Source: a virus
Taxonomy: Duplodnaviria > Caudoviricetes
Direction: 5' to 3' (one strand)
Length of the DNA: 46,854 nucleotides
IMG/VR virus record: IMGVR_UViG_3300049893_001943
Coordinates: 1-46,854 of that record
Shown here: piece by piece, positions 25,950 through 35,507 of the stretch
Layout: every line of letters starts with the position of its first letter
Numbering within the stretch: position 1 is the first letter of the stretch
Position numbers and translations under genes: made by a program
Notes under the pieces: generated by a model
The model's database searches: none
What the model was told of the DNA's origin: nothing
What the model saw: only the letters and a program-made list of their open reading frames with translations

Positions 25950-26418
25950 TTTTTTTTAAGCCATCTTTGTTAAGGTTATTTTTCTGCAAAACCGCCTGTC
26001 TTGCGGCGTAAAGATCCTGAATCATTCCGCAAGCCAAAAGCTTTTCAACCAGTTGCTCGCTTGCTCCACCGTCTGAAGCTTTCTTGTACTTCAAACACTC
26101 ACTTTCGGGCAGGTGCGGTGGGTTGATAATGTCGATCAAACTTACTCTTACTTCTTCGGCAATGAAGCTCATGCGGATCTGCATTTCACCCTTTTGCATG
26201 GATACTTTTTCGTCTTCCACTTTCTTAGCGAGACCCCAAGGCAGCGTCTTTCTCATAACGAACTTTGTAGGGGCATCTCCATCTTTGAACTTAAGAAAGC
26301 TCTCATCTAAGCCAGATTCGATATACTGTTTATAATCATCATCAGAACAATCCAAAGCCGAATCTAGTTTTGAAATAACTGAGATAGTGCCCTCTAATTG
26401 GTCTAGCTTCAAAGCCAT
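25945..26418 (-). CDS. Tail assembly chaperone G
   Basis: Between tail tube and TMP; SD GGGAG before ATG 26418; ends GLKKS* over an A8 run. Confidence 0.82.
   Translation of the reverse strand: MALKLDQLEGTISVISKLDSALDCSDDDYKQYIESGLDESFLKFKDGDAPTKFVMRKTLPWGLAKKVEDEKVSMQKGEMQIRMSFIAEEVRVSLIDIINPPHLPESECLKYKKASDGGASEQLVEKLLACGMIQDLYAARQAVLQKNNLNKDGLKKS
25949..25959 (-). other. Programmed -1 ribosomal frameshift site
   Basis: TTA AAA AAA AGC TAA; A AAA AAA heptamer joins G to the T frame. Confidence 0.85.
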
Positions 26419-26462
26419 TTTTATTCTCCCTAAAGTGTAAAATATTAATGAGATTAAACGAT

Positions 26463-26497
26463 AAAAAAAATAGAAGCTATAAGAGATATAGCTTCTA
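26463..26497 (-). terminator. Rho-independent terminator after tail tube gene
   Basis: TAGAAGCTATA-N5-TATAGCTTCTA followed by T8 on the minus strand. Confidence 0.85.
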
Positions 26498-26525
26498 GAA
26501 AGCCGTAGATCATTCATCAACAATA

Positions 26526-27770
26526 TTAAAGGTAGCTTGCCGTAACTTCGTCTTTTGCGCCATCTGAAGTTTGTAGACATAGACCATCATTGAAGTCTAC
26601 AGGAATCGAGCCTTCCTCTGGCACTGTTACAGTAGGCAATGGGAATTCTACTTTAGGCAGTTCAAGCTCTAGCCTTCTGCCCGTTGCGCTACCCAAAACT
26701 AGAGTGATATCTTGGGTTGTGAAGACTTGTAAATCCTTGAAAAGTTTAAGGGTTTGCTTGTTCAGGTTCATTTGCATGGAAACGCGGGCTTCCATTCTTG
26801 CGCCGGGTACAAAAAGGAAACCGTCTAAGCTGTCTTCGCCGTAGCAATCGTTGCGAAGCTCATGGTTGTTGTTGATCGTGAGGTTGAAGCTCCTAACACA
26901 TTGCTGGATTGACATACCAGCCACGGTTACGGACCCTTCGAGGCCGGTTATGGGGTTATTGATGGCTACTGGCGTACTTGGTTCGTAATATGACAAGTAA
27001 ATTGGGGCATTTAGCCCGCTCCCGTCTGCATCAGCTAGCACAGCTCCACTAAGAGTTACTACATCACCAGCAACGGCGGTAATAGTTCTTGGGGAGCCGT
27101 TTGGCGTATCGGCTGATCTAGTCGTACCGTCAGCCTCAATAATCATAACCATCGCGCCAATGGCATTTTCAAAAAGTTTTCCATCGCCAGAAACCAAGGT
27201 AACCGTGTTGGCTGTGTTGTTTGTCACAGACTTGCCGATACCCACATAGAGGGCATCCTTGCCATTCCCTGACCATTCAGCCATGGAATCCCCGTCACCT
27301 GGGAATTGGAAGTTCCCCGATTGGACGAATGACCCGCGTACTTGGCGAGCCCAACGATCTCCGGTTTCAAAAAGGGAAAAGGTGATATCTGGAGTATCAC
27401 GGGTATAAATCAGGCCAGAACTCACAACCTCTTTACCCATGAGAGATTTCCAAAGCACTCTTAGGGCTGGGTCGATTTCGGCTGCGCCGCCACTTCCTAA
27501 GGTGGTATCGATATTGAACAACGTTGGCAAGGTCCAAGAGCATTCCTTCTTACCTTTGATCGTGCCAACAAATCCTCTGCCCGAACGGTGAGGGCTTGGC
27601 TCAAATGGCTGGGTAAACTCGACCGAGCCTCCTTGCATCGTAAAAAAGAAATCCGCATCCGTAGGAGCAATTAAGGTTCCACGAGTCGTTTCTTCTTTAA
27701 TGTAAAACCGCTGCTCAAGAGCAATGGAATCGCCTGAATAATTATAGAGATCGGCGTAGTTCTTAGCCAT
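26526..27770 (-). CDS. Major tail tube protein
   Basis: Position after tail terminator and before chaperones; IKEETTRGT N-terminal motif, FNLTINNN, LELPKVEF; followed by a terminator. Confidence 0.82.
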   Translation of the reverse strand: MAKNYADLYNYSGDSIALEQRFYIKEETTRGTLIAPTDADFFFTMQGGSVEFTQPFEPSPHRSGRGFVGTIKGKKECSWTLPTLFNIDTTLGSGGAAEIDPALRVLWKSLMGKEVVSSGLIYTRDTPDITFSLFETGDRWARQVRGSFVQSGNFQFPGDGDSMAEWSGNGKDALYVGIGKSVTNNTANTVTLVSGDGKLFENAIGAMVMIIEADGTTRSADTPNGSPRTITAVAGDVVTLSGAVLADADGSGLNAPIYLSYYEPSTPVAINNPITGLEGSVTVAGMSIQQCVRSFNLTINNNHELRNDCYGEDSLDGFLFVPGARMEARVSMQMNLNKQTLKLFKDLQVFTTQDITLVLGSATGRRLELELPKVEFPLPTVTVPEEGSIPVDFNDGLCLQTSDGAKDEVTASYL

Positions 27771-28215
27771 TACATTCCCCTATTAATGGTTGGTAATAAT
27801 CGATATTAAAGTTAATTCTACCGGTATAGTACGGCTGCAACAATCCTTGATCCGTCTGAGATCCCAATAGTTTTATGCCAATAACAAAAGACAAATTTAA
27901 TTGGGTCGGTGGTTGCATTATAGTCTTTTCGATCTCTTCCATCAAATCCCATAAATCTTTTTGTGTAGGTTGATACTGGGTTGATTCTTTGGGTCCAATG
28001 ACCACCTCAAGGATCAAGTTCCAAGTTTTTCTGCCACGTTTCATTTCATGGATATTTGATTCTGGGCCATCAATGATTTGTAGTGCTGGTAATTCCCATT
28101 CGTCAAAGTCAAATTCTAGGAGCCTGATTTTATCAAATGACCTGCTCTTAAGATCCAAGACTAGGGCTAGTCTGGAAATTATAGCATCTGCAATTTGGGA
28201 TCTTAAGCTAGCCAT
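27763..28215 (-). CDS. Tail terminator/completion protein
   Basis: SLRSQIADAIISRL...ELPALQI pattern; synteny. Confidence 0.7.
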   Translation of the reverse strand: MASLRSQIADAIISRLALVLDLKSRSFDKIRLLEFDFDEWELPALQIIDGPESNIHEMKRGRKTWNLILEVVIGPKESTQYQPTQKDLWDLMEEIEKTIMQPPTQLNLSFVIGIKLLGSQTDQGLLQPYYTGRINFNIDYYQPLIGECNG

Positions 28216-28658
28216 TAATCAAAAACCTTTGACAAAGTGTCAAGAATAAATCCAGCATTGGCATTGAAAGCTGGTCTTAAAAATGGTCGCGGGGTCCAGT
28301 AATTACCAATGATGACATTTTTAGAGGGTCTTTCGCCACCTTTTCTTGACATATTGGCCCCCATGGCCCTAAACATGCCAGGAGTCACCCTACCCCCAAA
28401 CTCGTTGATAGCGGCATAGTTGACCCCAAAGACCCCAATCCTGACTCCCACCGCACCTGCCCGCTCGTAAAGCTCATAGCGGATTCTAGCCCTTAGGTTG
28501 CCGGTATCGACAACTCTTTTCTTGGTGGCCTCCAGTTTGGCATCCCCTGAAATTTTCATGCCGATAAGAATAAGAGCCGTTCGCATGGCTGGATTCTCTA
28601 AACCAATACGGCTTCTAACTTGTAAGCGTCTTATCAGTTCATCAGCATTTGAATTCAT
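28215..28658 (-). CDS. HK97 gp10-like / virion morphogenesis neck protein
   Basis: VDTGNLRARI, YAAINEFGG, PRPFLRPA. Confidence 0.85.
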   Translation of the reverse strand: MNSNADELIRRLQVRSRIGLENPAMRTALILIGMKISGDAKLEATKKRVVDTGNLRARIRYELYERAGAVGVRIGVFGVNYAAINEFGGRVTPGMFRAMGANMSRKGGERPSKNVIIGNYWTPRPFLRPAFNANAGFILDTLSKVFD

Positions 28659-29267
28659 TTATCCGTTCCACATTGGGGCATCAGAATAAGAAAATTCCAA
28701 TCTCTTAAACTGATTTAACGCCGCTATAATATGATCTGGCCAAAGCTGTACATAGTTTGCGCTCTCCCCTTCTTTGCTTTTCGATGTTCGGGCAATGTTT
28801 TTAGTCTCCCAAATTCGATAATTGAAAGCGATTATCCACAACGTCGCTTGTTCTAGGCTACTGGGAACGGTGCTATACCCAGCATTATAGATGATCTTGA
28901 CGTTGTTGTAACCTTTCGGGAAAAGCCGATTGATCAAATAAACCGCCGTAGCTTCATCACCAAGGGTATACTCTGAAGGATCTAGCAAGGTATCGGCATC
29001 AGTGAAAACCGCGTTCTGATCTATCCTAACCTCGGTTATGGAGTTAACGGGCCATTGCTTTAAAACAATGGCGTTGCTAGCTCTTCCATGGCTTATCTGA
29101 GTGTGGCTTTGGGCCTTAAAGATCCTATCGCAATAACGCGCCGCATCATCGCTAGCCCCATTAATCAATAGCTCAATAAGCGAATCGTTTCCGGTTTCGC
29201 TATTGGGTATTTTAAGCCATGACTTAGCTTGGGCCAGAGTTGTTAGCGCGTTTGCGTTCAGAGCCAT
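28659..29267 (-). CDS. Head-tail connector (gp6-like adaptor)
   Basis: LTTLAQAKSWLKI...DSLIELLINGAS...YCDR, YNAGYSTVPSSLEQA. Confidence 0.88.
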   Translation of the reverse strand: MALNANALTTLAQAKSWLKIPNSETGNDSLIELLINGASDDAARYCDRIFKAQSHTQISHGRASNAIVLKQWPVNSITEVRIDQNAVFTDADTLLDPSEYTLGDEATAVYLINRLFPKGYNNVKIIYNAGYSTVPSSLEQATLWIIAFNYRIWETKNIARTSKSKEGESANYVQLWPDHIIAALNQFKRLEFSYSDAPMWNG

Positions 29268-29491
29268 TATTTAACCTCAACTACCCTTGGGTTTACTTCC
29301 TTTGTCTGGGCACCAAGAATCTCAAAACAGTCTTTATAAGCTGCCATGATCTTATAACCGAGGTAATCAGCCACCTCAATTTTTTCACCAATTCTTACTT
29401 TTTTGATGAAGATCCCCTTTTCTTCTTCCAAGTATACAAGCAAAGCATCTTTATGGGTTGAATCATTCTTTTTAACGAGTCTTAAAATCAT
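29267..29491 (-). CDS. Hypothetical protein
   Basis: 74-aa ORF with SD AAGGA. Confidence 0.65.
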   Translation of the reverse strand: MILRLVKKNDSTHKDALLVYLEEEKGIFIKKVRIGEKIEVADYLGYKIMAAYKDCFEILGAQTKEVNPRVVEVK

Positions 29492-29530
29492 TTAAATATC
29501 CTTTTTAATTATTATAATTGCTGAATCGTA

Positions 29531-30217
29531 TCACGTCGGAGATGGAGTAACAAGCTGTTGTAAAAACGTCATCCCCCATGCGGTCTCTTCGTCCGATCCT
29601 GATATAGTTATGGAGCAAGGATCTGCTGGCACGATTTTCTCAAGATGAATCCTTAAATCGAAGTCATGACCTTCAGATTTATACGCATCTACATCGCATG
29701 AGAAGGGGATAAAAGTTAATCCCGATGCGTCTGGTTCAGCCTGAGCCACGGTAAACCATGGTTCGTCATTTCTGAAAATCTCGATTTGTACCTTGGCCAC
29801 GTTATCAGCATATTTAACAGTTATGGTGCCATTTGCATTCCAAATGCCATCGATCGGCGGATAGAATTTAAAATCCCCTAAGTCATAATCATCTAACAGG
29901 TCCCAAAGCTTTCTTGTAGCCTCGATCACAACCGGATCATCTCCAGTAACAACTTGATCAATATTATCTAAATCCAATGCAAAAGAGCTTGCAAAAGTTT
30001 GGGCCGCCATGAAATAGGAATAACCCGCGATGATATTTAAATCAGAGCTTCCATCATTAACGACTAGCAAACCGTCGTCAATCATGGTTTTTAGTTCTTC
30101 GAACTCTTGAAAACGTCTAATGTCATAGGGTTGAATCGTATAATAAACATCAGGTTCAAACAAAAAACCGATGATAAAAATCTCAGTTTCTCCCGTCCAT
30201 TTTAAACGTCTTATCAT
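29531..30217 (-). CDS. Putative virion protein, C-terminal jelly-roll-like domain
   Basis: Acidic; YDLGDFKFYPPIDGIW pattern reminiscent of C1q/TNF-like folds; lies in the head module. Confidence 0.5.
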   Translation of the reverse strand: MIRRLKWTGETEIFIIGFLFEPDVYYTIQPYDIRRFQEFEELKTMIDDGLLVVNDGSSDLNIIAGYSYFMAAQTFASSFALDLDNIDQVVTGDDPVVIEATRKLWDLLDDYDLGDFKFYPPIDGIWNANGTITVKYADNVAKVQIEIFRNDEPWFTVAQAEPDASGLTFIPFSCDVDAYKSEGHDFDLRIHLEKIVPADPCSITISGSDEETAWGMTFLQQLVTPSPT

Positions 30218-30225
30218 ATTAATTC

Positions 30226-30696
30226 TCAGGGTTGAGTGTTAAACCAGACTCTGCATTTTGGTTTGTTTATTGCAGCCGTAACAACTAGGAAACCAATCAA
30301 GTCACCAGAATTGATTCCAGTCACACTTAAAGTTCCAAAAACTGCACTAGACCCACCTGCAAAAGATAAGTCTATCAAGGTTGTATTTTGAGTTATGTTT
30401 CTAATTCTAATTGCTCCAGCGGTATTAGCTGAGGCTTGAATCGTAGCAGCAACAATGGAGCTATTGGCTGGTGCCACAAGAGGAGCGGTTAGACTGTCTT
30501 CACCGGGAAAAATTTCTAAATAGGTATTAATACCAGTGTTCGCATTCCTGTTTGCTTGAATCGGATACCTATCATTGTTCAAAGCAGCGGTTCGAGCCTC
30601 AACAATAGCATCCTGCACATTTGTTGACACAAAACTATTGCCAACCGTACTAAACGGAATAGCTCTAGCAACCGCACTTTTAAAAGGGGGGAACAT
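30226..30696 (-). CDS. Putative head fibre/decoration protein
   Basis: STNVQDAIVEA fibre-neck motif plus beta-rich C-terminus. Confidence 0.6.
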   Translation of the reverse strand: MFPPFKSAVARAIPFSTVGNSFVSTNVQDAIVEARTAALNNDRYPIQANRNANTGINTYLEIFPGEDSLTAPLVAPANSSIVAATIQASANTAGAIRIRNITQNTTLIDLSFAGGSSAVFGTLSVTGINSGDLIGFLVVTAAINKPKCRVWFNTQP

Positions 30697-31017
30697 CTAG
30701 GGGATCTCCGCGAGAATAACATCAGGATTTGACGAACCAGCTATATAATACCAAGCAAAGTTACCAACGGGGAAAATTATAAATTGATCTTTATATAGTG
30801 GAAAACCTTTGGTTGCTCCAGAAGTTGAAACCGAAGCATTAGGTGCATAAAATATCGTTGCGTTGCCGTCATTATAAATCATCAGAGCTTGACGATTCGG
30901 AACTCGATTCGAACCTACTTTGATTTCCGTTGGGCTGGTTGTCACCGTCACTACTGCGTGGACTGCCCCGGCTCCTTCTAGCACGTCTGTTCGGTTTGGG
31001 TTCAGGCTCCTTGCCAT
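30697..31017 (-). CDS. Putative decoration protein (small beta-sandwich)
   Basis: VTVTTSPTEI...R.ALMIYN.G...IF...GFPL; similar to the C-terminus of 31171-31872. Confidence 0.6.
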   Translation of the reverse strand: MARSLNPNRTDVLEGAGAVHAVVTVTTSPTEIKVGSNRVPNRQALMIYNDGNATIFYAPNASVSTSGATKGFPLYKDQFIIFPVGNFAWYYIAGSSNPDVILAEIP

Positions 31018-31174
31018 CGGCTATATCCTTTTCGATCATTTGACAGATCTTATTGAACCATACAAAGCTTTTATATACTTCGATTATCTGCTTGCCGGTT
31101 AAACTAAACGAGGCCGAAGCAATTTGTTGGGTGAATGCCTCAGCCTGTTTTGCATCATTTATGTCGAACTTCAT
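30872..31174 (-). CDS. Hypothetical protein
   Basis: ATGA-coupled to the upstream gene; its low-complexity tail overlaps the next gene by 146 nt. Confidence 0.55.
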   Translation of the reverse strand: MKFDINDAKQAEAFTQQIASASFSLTGKQIIEVYKSFVWFNKICQMIEKDIADGKEPEPKPNRRARRSRGSPRSSDGDNQPNGNQSRFESSSESSSSDDL

Positions 31175-31872
31175 GCAGCCTCTTCGAGAACCCTCACGTC
31201 CATTCCAGTCGTGTCACCGATTGCCCAAATGTCAACTGTGTCATCCCAATCAAATGCTTGCTCACCTTTAGCAGGGATGAGGTATCCTGACCCGGCAACA
31301 ACCGAGTTGTCAACGCCAATCCACAGGTCCCGATTCGCGAGATTTTGGATTGTAACTTTAGCCCGGTCAGTTAGTGCGGTGGCGACAAGTTGAGAAGCAG
31401 TGGTACCAACAGTTTCAGCCGTTACCTCAAAAGCTTTATAAGCAATCACGGTTTTGAGGCGACCAGTGCTATTAAAAGTCCTGAGACGGTCCCAAGTCGT
31501 CCCATTAAAACCAAGGAGCGCAGAGTTAACATCTTGACCATGGAAGTTAGCGGCTACGATTGCATCACTTGATGCAGCGGCTCCGGTAGTTCTTTTGGTT
31601 TGGTCAGCATCGCCTGGGGTCGCTGCTCTAACGTGGAAAATTGCCCCGATATTATCGGGATCGGTGTTTGTAACACCATCATAAACACCGTCAATATTAA
31701 CGGTTAAAGGGTTAATGATATTAACATCCAAACCCTCTTTACCGCCTACGTTAGTAGAGGAGATTCGGTCACCATCCGACCCAGCTCTTAACCATGCTCC
31801 AACGTTGTCACTAGCTGAGATGGTGTTTGCATCGGTTATATCAAATCCTAATCTTCTGCCTGAAAGACTCAT
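31171..31872 (-). CDS. Putative head decoration/spike protein
   Basis: GFNGTTWDRLR motif; C-terminal TVGTTASQL...R..VTIQN...LWIG...GYLI domain. Confidence 0.65.
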   Translation of the reverse strand: MSLSGRRLGFDITDANTISASDNVGAWLRAGSDGDRISSTNVGGKEGLDVNIINPLTVNIDGVYDGVTNTDPDNIGAIFHVRAATPGDADQTKRTTGAAASSDAIVAANFHGQDVNSALLGFNGTTWDRLRTFNSTGRLKTVIAYKAFEVTAETVGTTASQLVATALTDRAKVTIQNLANRDLWIGVDNSVVAGSGYLIPAKGEQAFDWDDTVDIWAIGDTTGMDVRVLEEAA

Positions 31873-31876
31873 AAAA

Positions 31877-32668
31877 TTACCCCCAAGTTTCTATCTCTAC
31901 GATAGTGTTTGCTTTATTTGATGATATTTGGATAATCCAATTTATGGATGGGTCAAGATTCATTTTACTATATTCAGAGCCAGAAAACACTGTTGTGGAG
32001 TTAGTATTTAATCCCCATTTAATTTTCAATTCAGCGTTTGGTGTCAATGCCTTAAGCCATATGGCTTTTGATCCTGATGGCAAATTATAATTGGTTGGTG
32101 AATTAATAATTTCCTCTGTTTGAACAACCGAGGAAAAGGGGTCTGTGTTAGCAACTACAGACCCCACAATTTCGACTTGACCTACGCCATTGTCCCCCCT
32201 CCAAGCATACCACTTTCCATCAGATCCTAAAATCATGATTGGAGCAGCTTTATTAACCTCTAGATCGGCTGTATCTCCATCTTTTAAAGCTGGCTCTTGT
32301 GGAAAATCGCTAACAACCGCGATATGAACACCCAAGATTGCTTCGCCACCAGTTACAACTATCTCAATCTTAGGCTTATTGGAGATCCTAGTAATGATCC
32401 GGCGTTCGCTTTTAGGTGCGGTATTGATAAGGCTATGACCCTCAAGATCTATCCTTTCCCCAGGGCCTTGGCCGCCACCTGGGCCGCTGTCAAAGTAATT
32501 TACTTTAACCGTTGCTCCTAGGTCCAAATCTTGGACAAAAACCGTGGAAAGTAAGGAGTTCCCCGCTGGTTGTCCAATCCAAAATTCATAAGTTCCTGCT
32601 GGAAATATGTCTATGGGAACAATGGTTTTAGCTTCGTATAGCCCAATGCGAAAGGGTATTTCTGCCAT
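31877..32668 (-). CDS. Putative virion structural protein
   Basis: Beta-rich; first gene after the capsid terminator; ATG 32668 with SD GAGG. Confidence 0.6.
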   Translation of the reverse strand: MAEIPFRIGLYEAKTIVPIDIFPAGTYEFWIGQPAGNSLLSTVFVQDLDLGATVKVNYFDSGPGGGQGPGERIDLEGHSLINTAPKSERRIITRISNKPKIEIVVTGGEAILGVHIAVVSDFPQEPALKDGDTADLEVNKAAPIMILGSDGKWYAWRGDNGVGQVEIVGSVVANTDPFSSVVQTEEIINSPTNYNLPSGSKAIWLKALTPNAELKIKWGLNTNSTTVFSGSEYSKMNLDPSINWIIQISSNKANTIVEIETWG

Positions 32669-32680
32669 ATAAAGAGCCTC

Positions 32681-32718
32681 AAAAAATAAGAGAGATTGCA
32701 ATGTTTACAATCTCTCTT
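32681..32718 (-). terminator. Rho-independent terminator after major capsid gene
   Basis: AAGAGAGATTG-N9-CAATCTCTCTT then ATTTTTT on the minus strand. Confidence 0.85.
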
Positions 32719-32744
32719 TTATCACCTTAACCTAGATAAAGGCA

Positions 32745-34148
32745 TCACTTAGGCACTTCGTAGCCGTAAACTACAGATACTTCAGACGCGCTTTGAGTAT
32801 GACCTACAAACGATTTACGTTGGTAAGAAGCCAAAAGCATCCGGTCTTGAGCAGGAAGATCAGCCATCATTTTGACCTGAATGGGTCGGCGCTGGCCGTA
32901 GTAGAAACGGGTTTTGTTCACGAGCAAGATACCACCAAAGGTTGTGGTCACACCGTCATAAACGCCGGTAGCGTTGAGATCTTCACGCATATACTGGCTG
33001 TTGATGATACCGATCCCTTGATAAAGGGCCAAAATACCTTTTAGGACAGTCGCTTGAGGTCCAACTTTGTCTAAGGTCATTACTTCATCAAGGGTTAAGA
33101 ATTGGGTGTAAATGGATGGCCCAACGATCCAAAGAAGCTCATTCGGATTTGATCCGAACTTGCCAAGGCGAGCCCGCATGGTTCGGAGTAGTGCGGTGGT
33201 GAAAGCTCCACCAAAATCTACCGTCGAGCCGTTTGCAGAGTTGGCAATCGCTAAACCGCGAAATCCGGTCCAAAATTTTTCTGCCACATCTGCTCCGAGG
33301 AGTTGAGTGTCAGAGTCAATATGCGTTCCAGTTTTACCGTTAATTGTTGCAGCCTCGATAGCTCTAAACTGAGCCTTAACTACTTCGTCGCGTCCTGCGC
33401 TTAAAAAATCAGGTGCGCTATCTTCGTTTAGCTCTTCTGGTAATTCATAATATTCCGAGGACTTTACGGCACTTAGCACCAGTTTAGTAGTCGAAAAATT
33501 GTTTGCTGTCATCGCGGTATTTTCAGTCGCGCGACGTGCTTTTGTGACACCAGTCATCACTGGAAGCTCAAAAGGATTTGTTGGTTGCGGCACAGTTCTC
33601 ATGCCTCTTTCCAAAACAAATTCTAGTTCATATTCTTCCACATAGGACGAGGCCAGCCCCGTTGGCACCCATTCATCGCCCCCACCTACTACCGTACTGC
33701 CAAACGCTTTTATTTTAGGAGCAAGAACATTCTTACCGTAGTAGTGATCTAACATCCCTTTGACGTTGCTTGGAGCAATCTTTTCTGAGCCGTCCCTATC
33801 CTTAACAACTCGGTCTTGTGGCTCGCCGTGGAAAATCTGGGAGACCCAACGTGCAGTGTCAAAAGACTGTTTAAAGTTTTTGACAAGGTGTTTCAACTCT
33901 TCGGGAACGCCTTTAAAGTCAGGATGATTTACGTTGACTTCTAGTAACTGCTTAGGATGATTGCAGTTAAAATAGCGAAGAGCTTTTTTCTCATCGCTGT
34001 TTACGCTGCTAGAAGGTTTGTTATAGCTGCCCTTAGCAATGAGATTGGCCTTCTCGGCTTCGAGGTCTTGCACTTTTTTTTCTGCTGCTGAAACTCTTTC
34101 GTTTAGTGCCTTCATCTCTGCCACTTCGGTTTCAATCTTCTTATCCAT
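32745..34148 (-). CDS. Major capsid protein (HK97 fold) with N-terminal delta-like coiled coil
   Basis: GGGDEWVPT, ELPEELNEDSA, EAATINGK; follows the protease and precedes a terminator. Confidence 0.92.
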   Translation of the reverse strand: MDKKIETEVAEMKALNERVSAAEKKVQDLEAEKANLIAKGSYNKPSSSVNSDEKKALRYFNCNHPKQLLEVNVNHPDFKGVPEELKHLVKNFKQSFDTARWVSQIFHGEPQDRVVKDRDGSEKIAPSNVKGMLDHYYGKNVLAPKIKAFGSTVVGGGDEWVPTGLASSYVEEYELEFVLERGMRTVPQPTNPFELPVMTGVTKARRATENTAMTANNFSTTKLVLSAVKSSEYYELPEELNEDSAPDFLSAGRDEVVKAQFRAIEAATINGKTGTHIDSDTQLLGADVAEKFWTGFRGLAIANSANGSTVDFGGAFTTALLRTMRARLGKFGSNPNELLWIVGPSIYTQFLTLDEVMTLDKVGPQATVLKGILALYQGIGIINSQYMREDLNATGVYDGVTTTFGGILLVNKTRFYYGQRRPIQVKMMADLPAQDRMLLASYQRKSFVGHTQSASEVSVVYGYEVPK

Positions 34149-34170
34149 TTGTAAAACTCCTAGTTATAAT

Positions 34171-35502
34171 TTAGTAGCCCATTCGCTGAAGGCTTTTGTT
34201 AATATTTTCACGGAAGGTATTAAGAATTTCAAGCTTTTTGCTCATTTGTTCTTCGGTGTCTTCCGTTTCAACTTCTTCTTCAATCTCAACTTCGACCTTT
34301 GGCTCTTGTGGTTCTGGCTGTCTTCCATCAAGCTTTTGACTCATCTTTTGGACTTCAATTATCAAGGCACCAAGTAGAGCGTTTTGCTGTTTAGCCAATA
34401 GGAGGTAAGGGTTGTCGTCCGGTGGTAGTGCGTCAGCTCCCGAAGCTATCGGGGGCATGGCCTTTTGTTCATCTTCCTTGGGCATCTCCCCACAGGCTTT
34501 GCCTTCCTCTTCTTTTGCTGTGTCGCTTACTGAAATGTTATCAGAATTTTGTGGAATTGCAAAAGCCATAATACCATTGGGCAAGTTTAAGACTGATGAT
34601 TTTTCTATGTCTGAGTCTTCGTCACTTTGAGGAAACATATAGCCTTCCTCGGTTTCCTTCATTTTGTCAACCTTGTAACCAGCCGATTCAACAAATTTTT
34701 GTGCTTCTTCTTGATTTTCAAATTTATCTTTAGGAATTGATACGGCAACAATTGAAAGGCCAGCTCGACTTTTCATGGATTTTCCTTTGGTAGTTATAAG
34801 AAAAATGAAGTTTTTGAAAACATTTTCAGGCATCGGTATTTCAGCTTTCATGGCTGCATACACAATATCATATGGGGTCTGACTGAGCTTTGCCACTTGA
34901 TTAAACAATATGTCTTTTTTGAACTCTGGCCCAAAGGTTTGATACATCATATTTAAGATGGTAGCGGCCTCTGTAGCCCCCTTTGCTTGCAATCTTTTTT
35001 CTTCAATGAACACTTTCATAAAGTGATTTTTTGAATATCTTTTTTGAAGCAACGAAAAGGTAGAATCTTGGTTCATTGGGATAGGAACAATTGATTGTTC
35101 TATCAGCTCAAACTCTTCAATAACTCTATTACCGTCGGCGTCTTTAACATCGCGCAAATTCTCGAAACCGATGGAAAACGTCTTAAGGATCTCTTCTTGG
35201 ATAAGATCCCTAACGGCTGTTATCTTGTCGCTCTTTGAGTTGCTTATCATACACTTGGTGTAGATCCCTTTTTCTTCCGGCCTGATCTCAATCGATCTGC
35301 CAACTGGAGTATTTCCAAATGCGAGATCTTTACCATGGTCAAACAAAACAATGGGATTCTTTCTATAATTATCGTAGCGACCTCCCTTAGGATTAACTCG
35401 CTCAAGCCCGCGATCCAAAACATTTCTGTTGCTCCAACCTTCGATGATTATATTGCCGTTTGCTACCGCTTTTCTTTCAAAAGCAAAGCTATACAATTCC
35501 AT
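34171..35502 (-). CDS. HK97-family prohead protease with long C-terminal extension
   Basis: IIEGW, NPIVLFDH, PVGR, FSIGF, LIEQSIVPIPMN. Confidence 0.92.
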   Translation of the reverse strand: MELYSFAFERKAVANGNIIIEGWSNRNVLDRGLERVNPKGGRYDNYRKNPIVLFDHGKDLAFGNTPVGRSIEIRPEEKGIYTKCMISNSKSDKITAVRDLIQEEILKTFSIGFENLRDVKDADGNRVIEEFELIEQSIVPIPMNQDSTFSLLQKRYSKNHFMKVFIEEKRLQAKGATEAATILNMMYQTFGPEFKKDILFNQVAKLSQTPYDIVYAAMKAEIPMPENVFKNFIFLITTKGKSMKSRAGLSIVAVSIPKDKFENQEEAQKFVESAGYKVDKMKETEEGYMFPQSDEDSDIEKSSVLNLPNGIMAFAIPQNSDNISVSDTAKEEEGKACGEMPKEDEQKAMPPIASGADALPPDDNPYLLLAKQQNALLGALIIEVQKMSQKLDGRQPEPQEPKVEVEIEEEVETEDTEEQMSKKLEILNTFRENINKSLQRMGY

Positions 35503-35507
35503 TTTTT

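Noticed and set aside
26419-26580. N-terminal extension of chaperone G in the ORF track (211 aa)
   Set aside because: It runs through the tail-tube stop and a terminator; ATG 26418 has a good SD.
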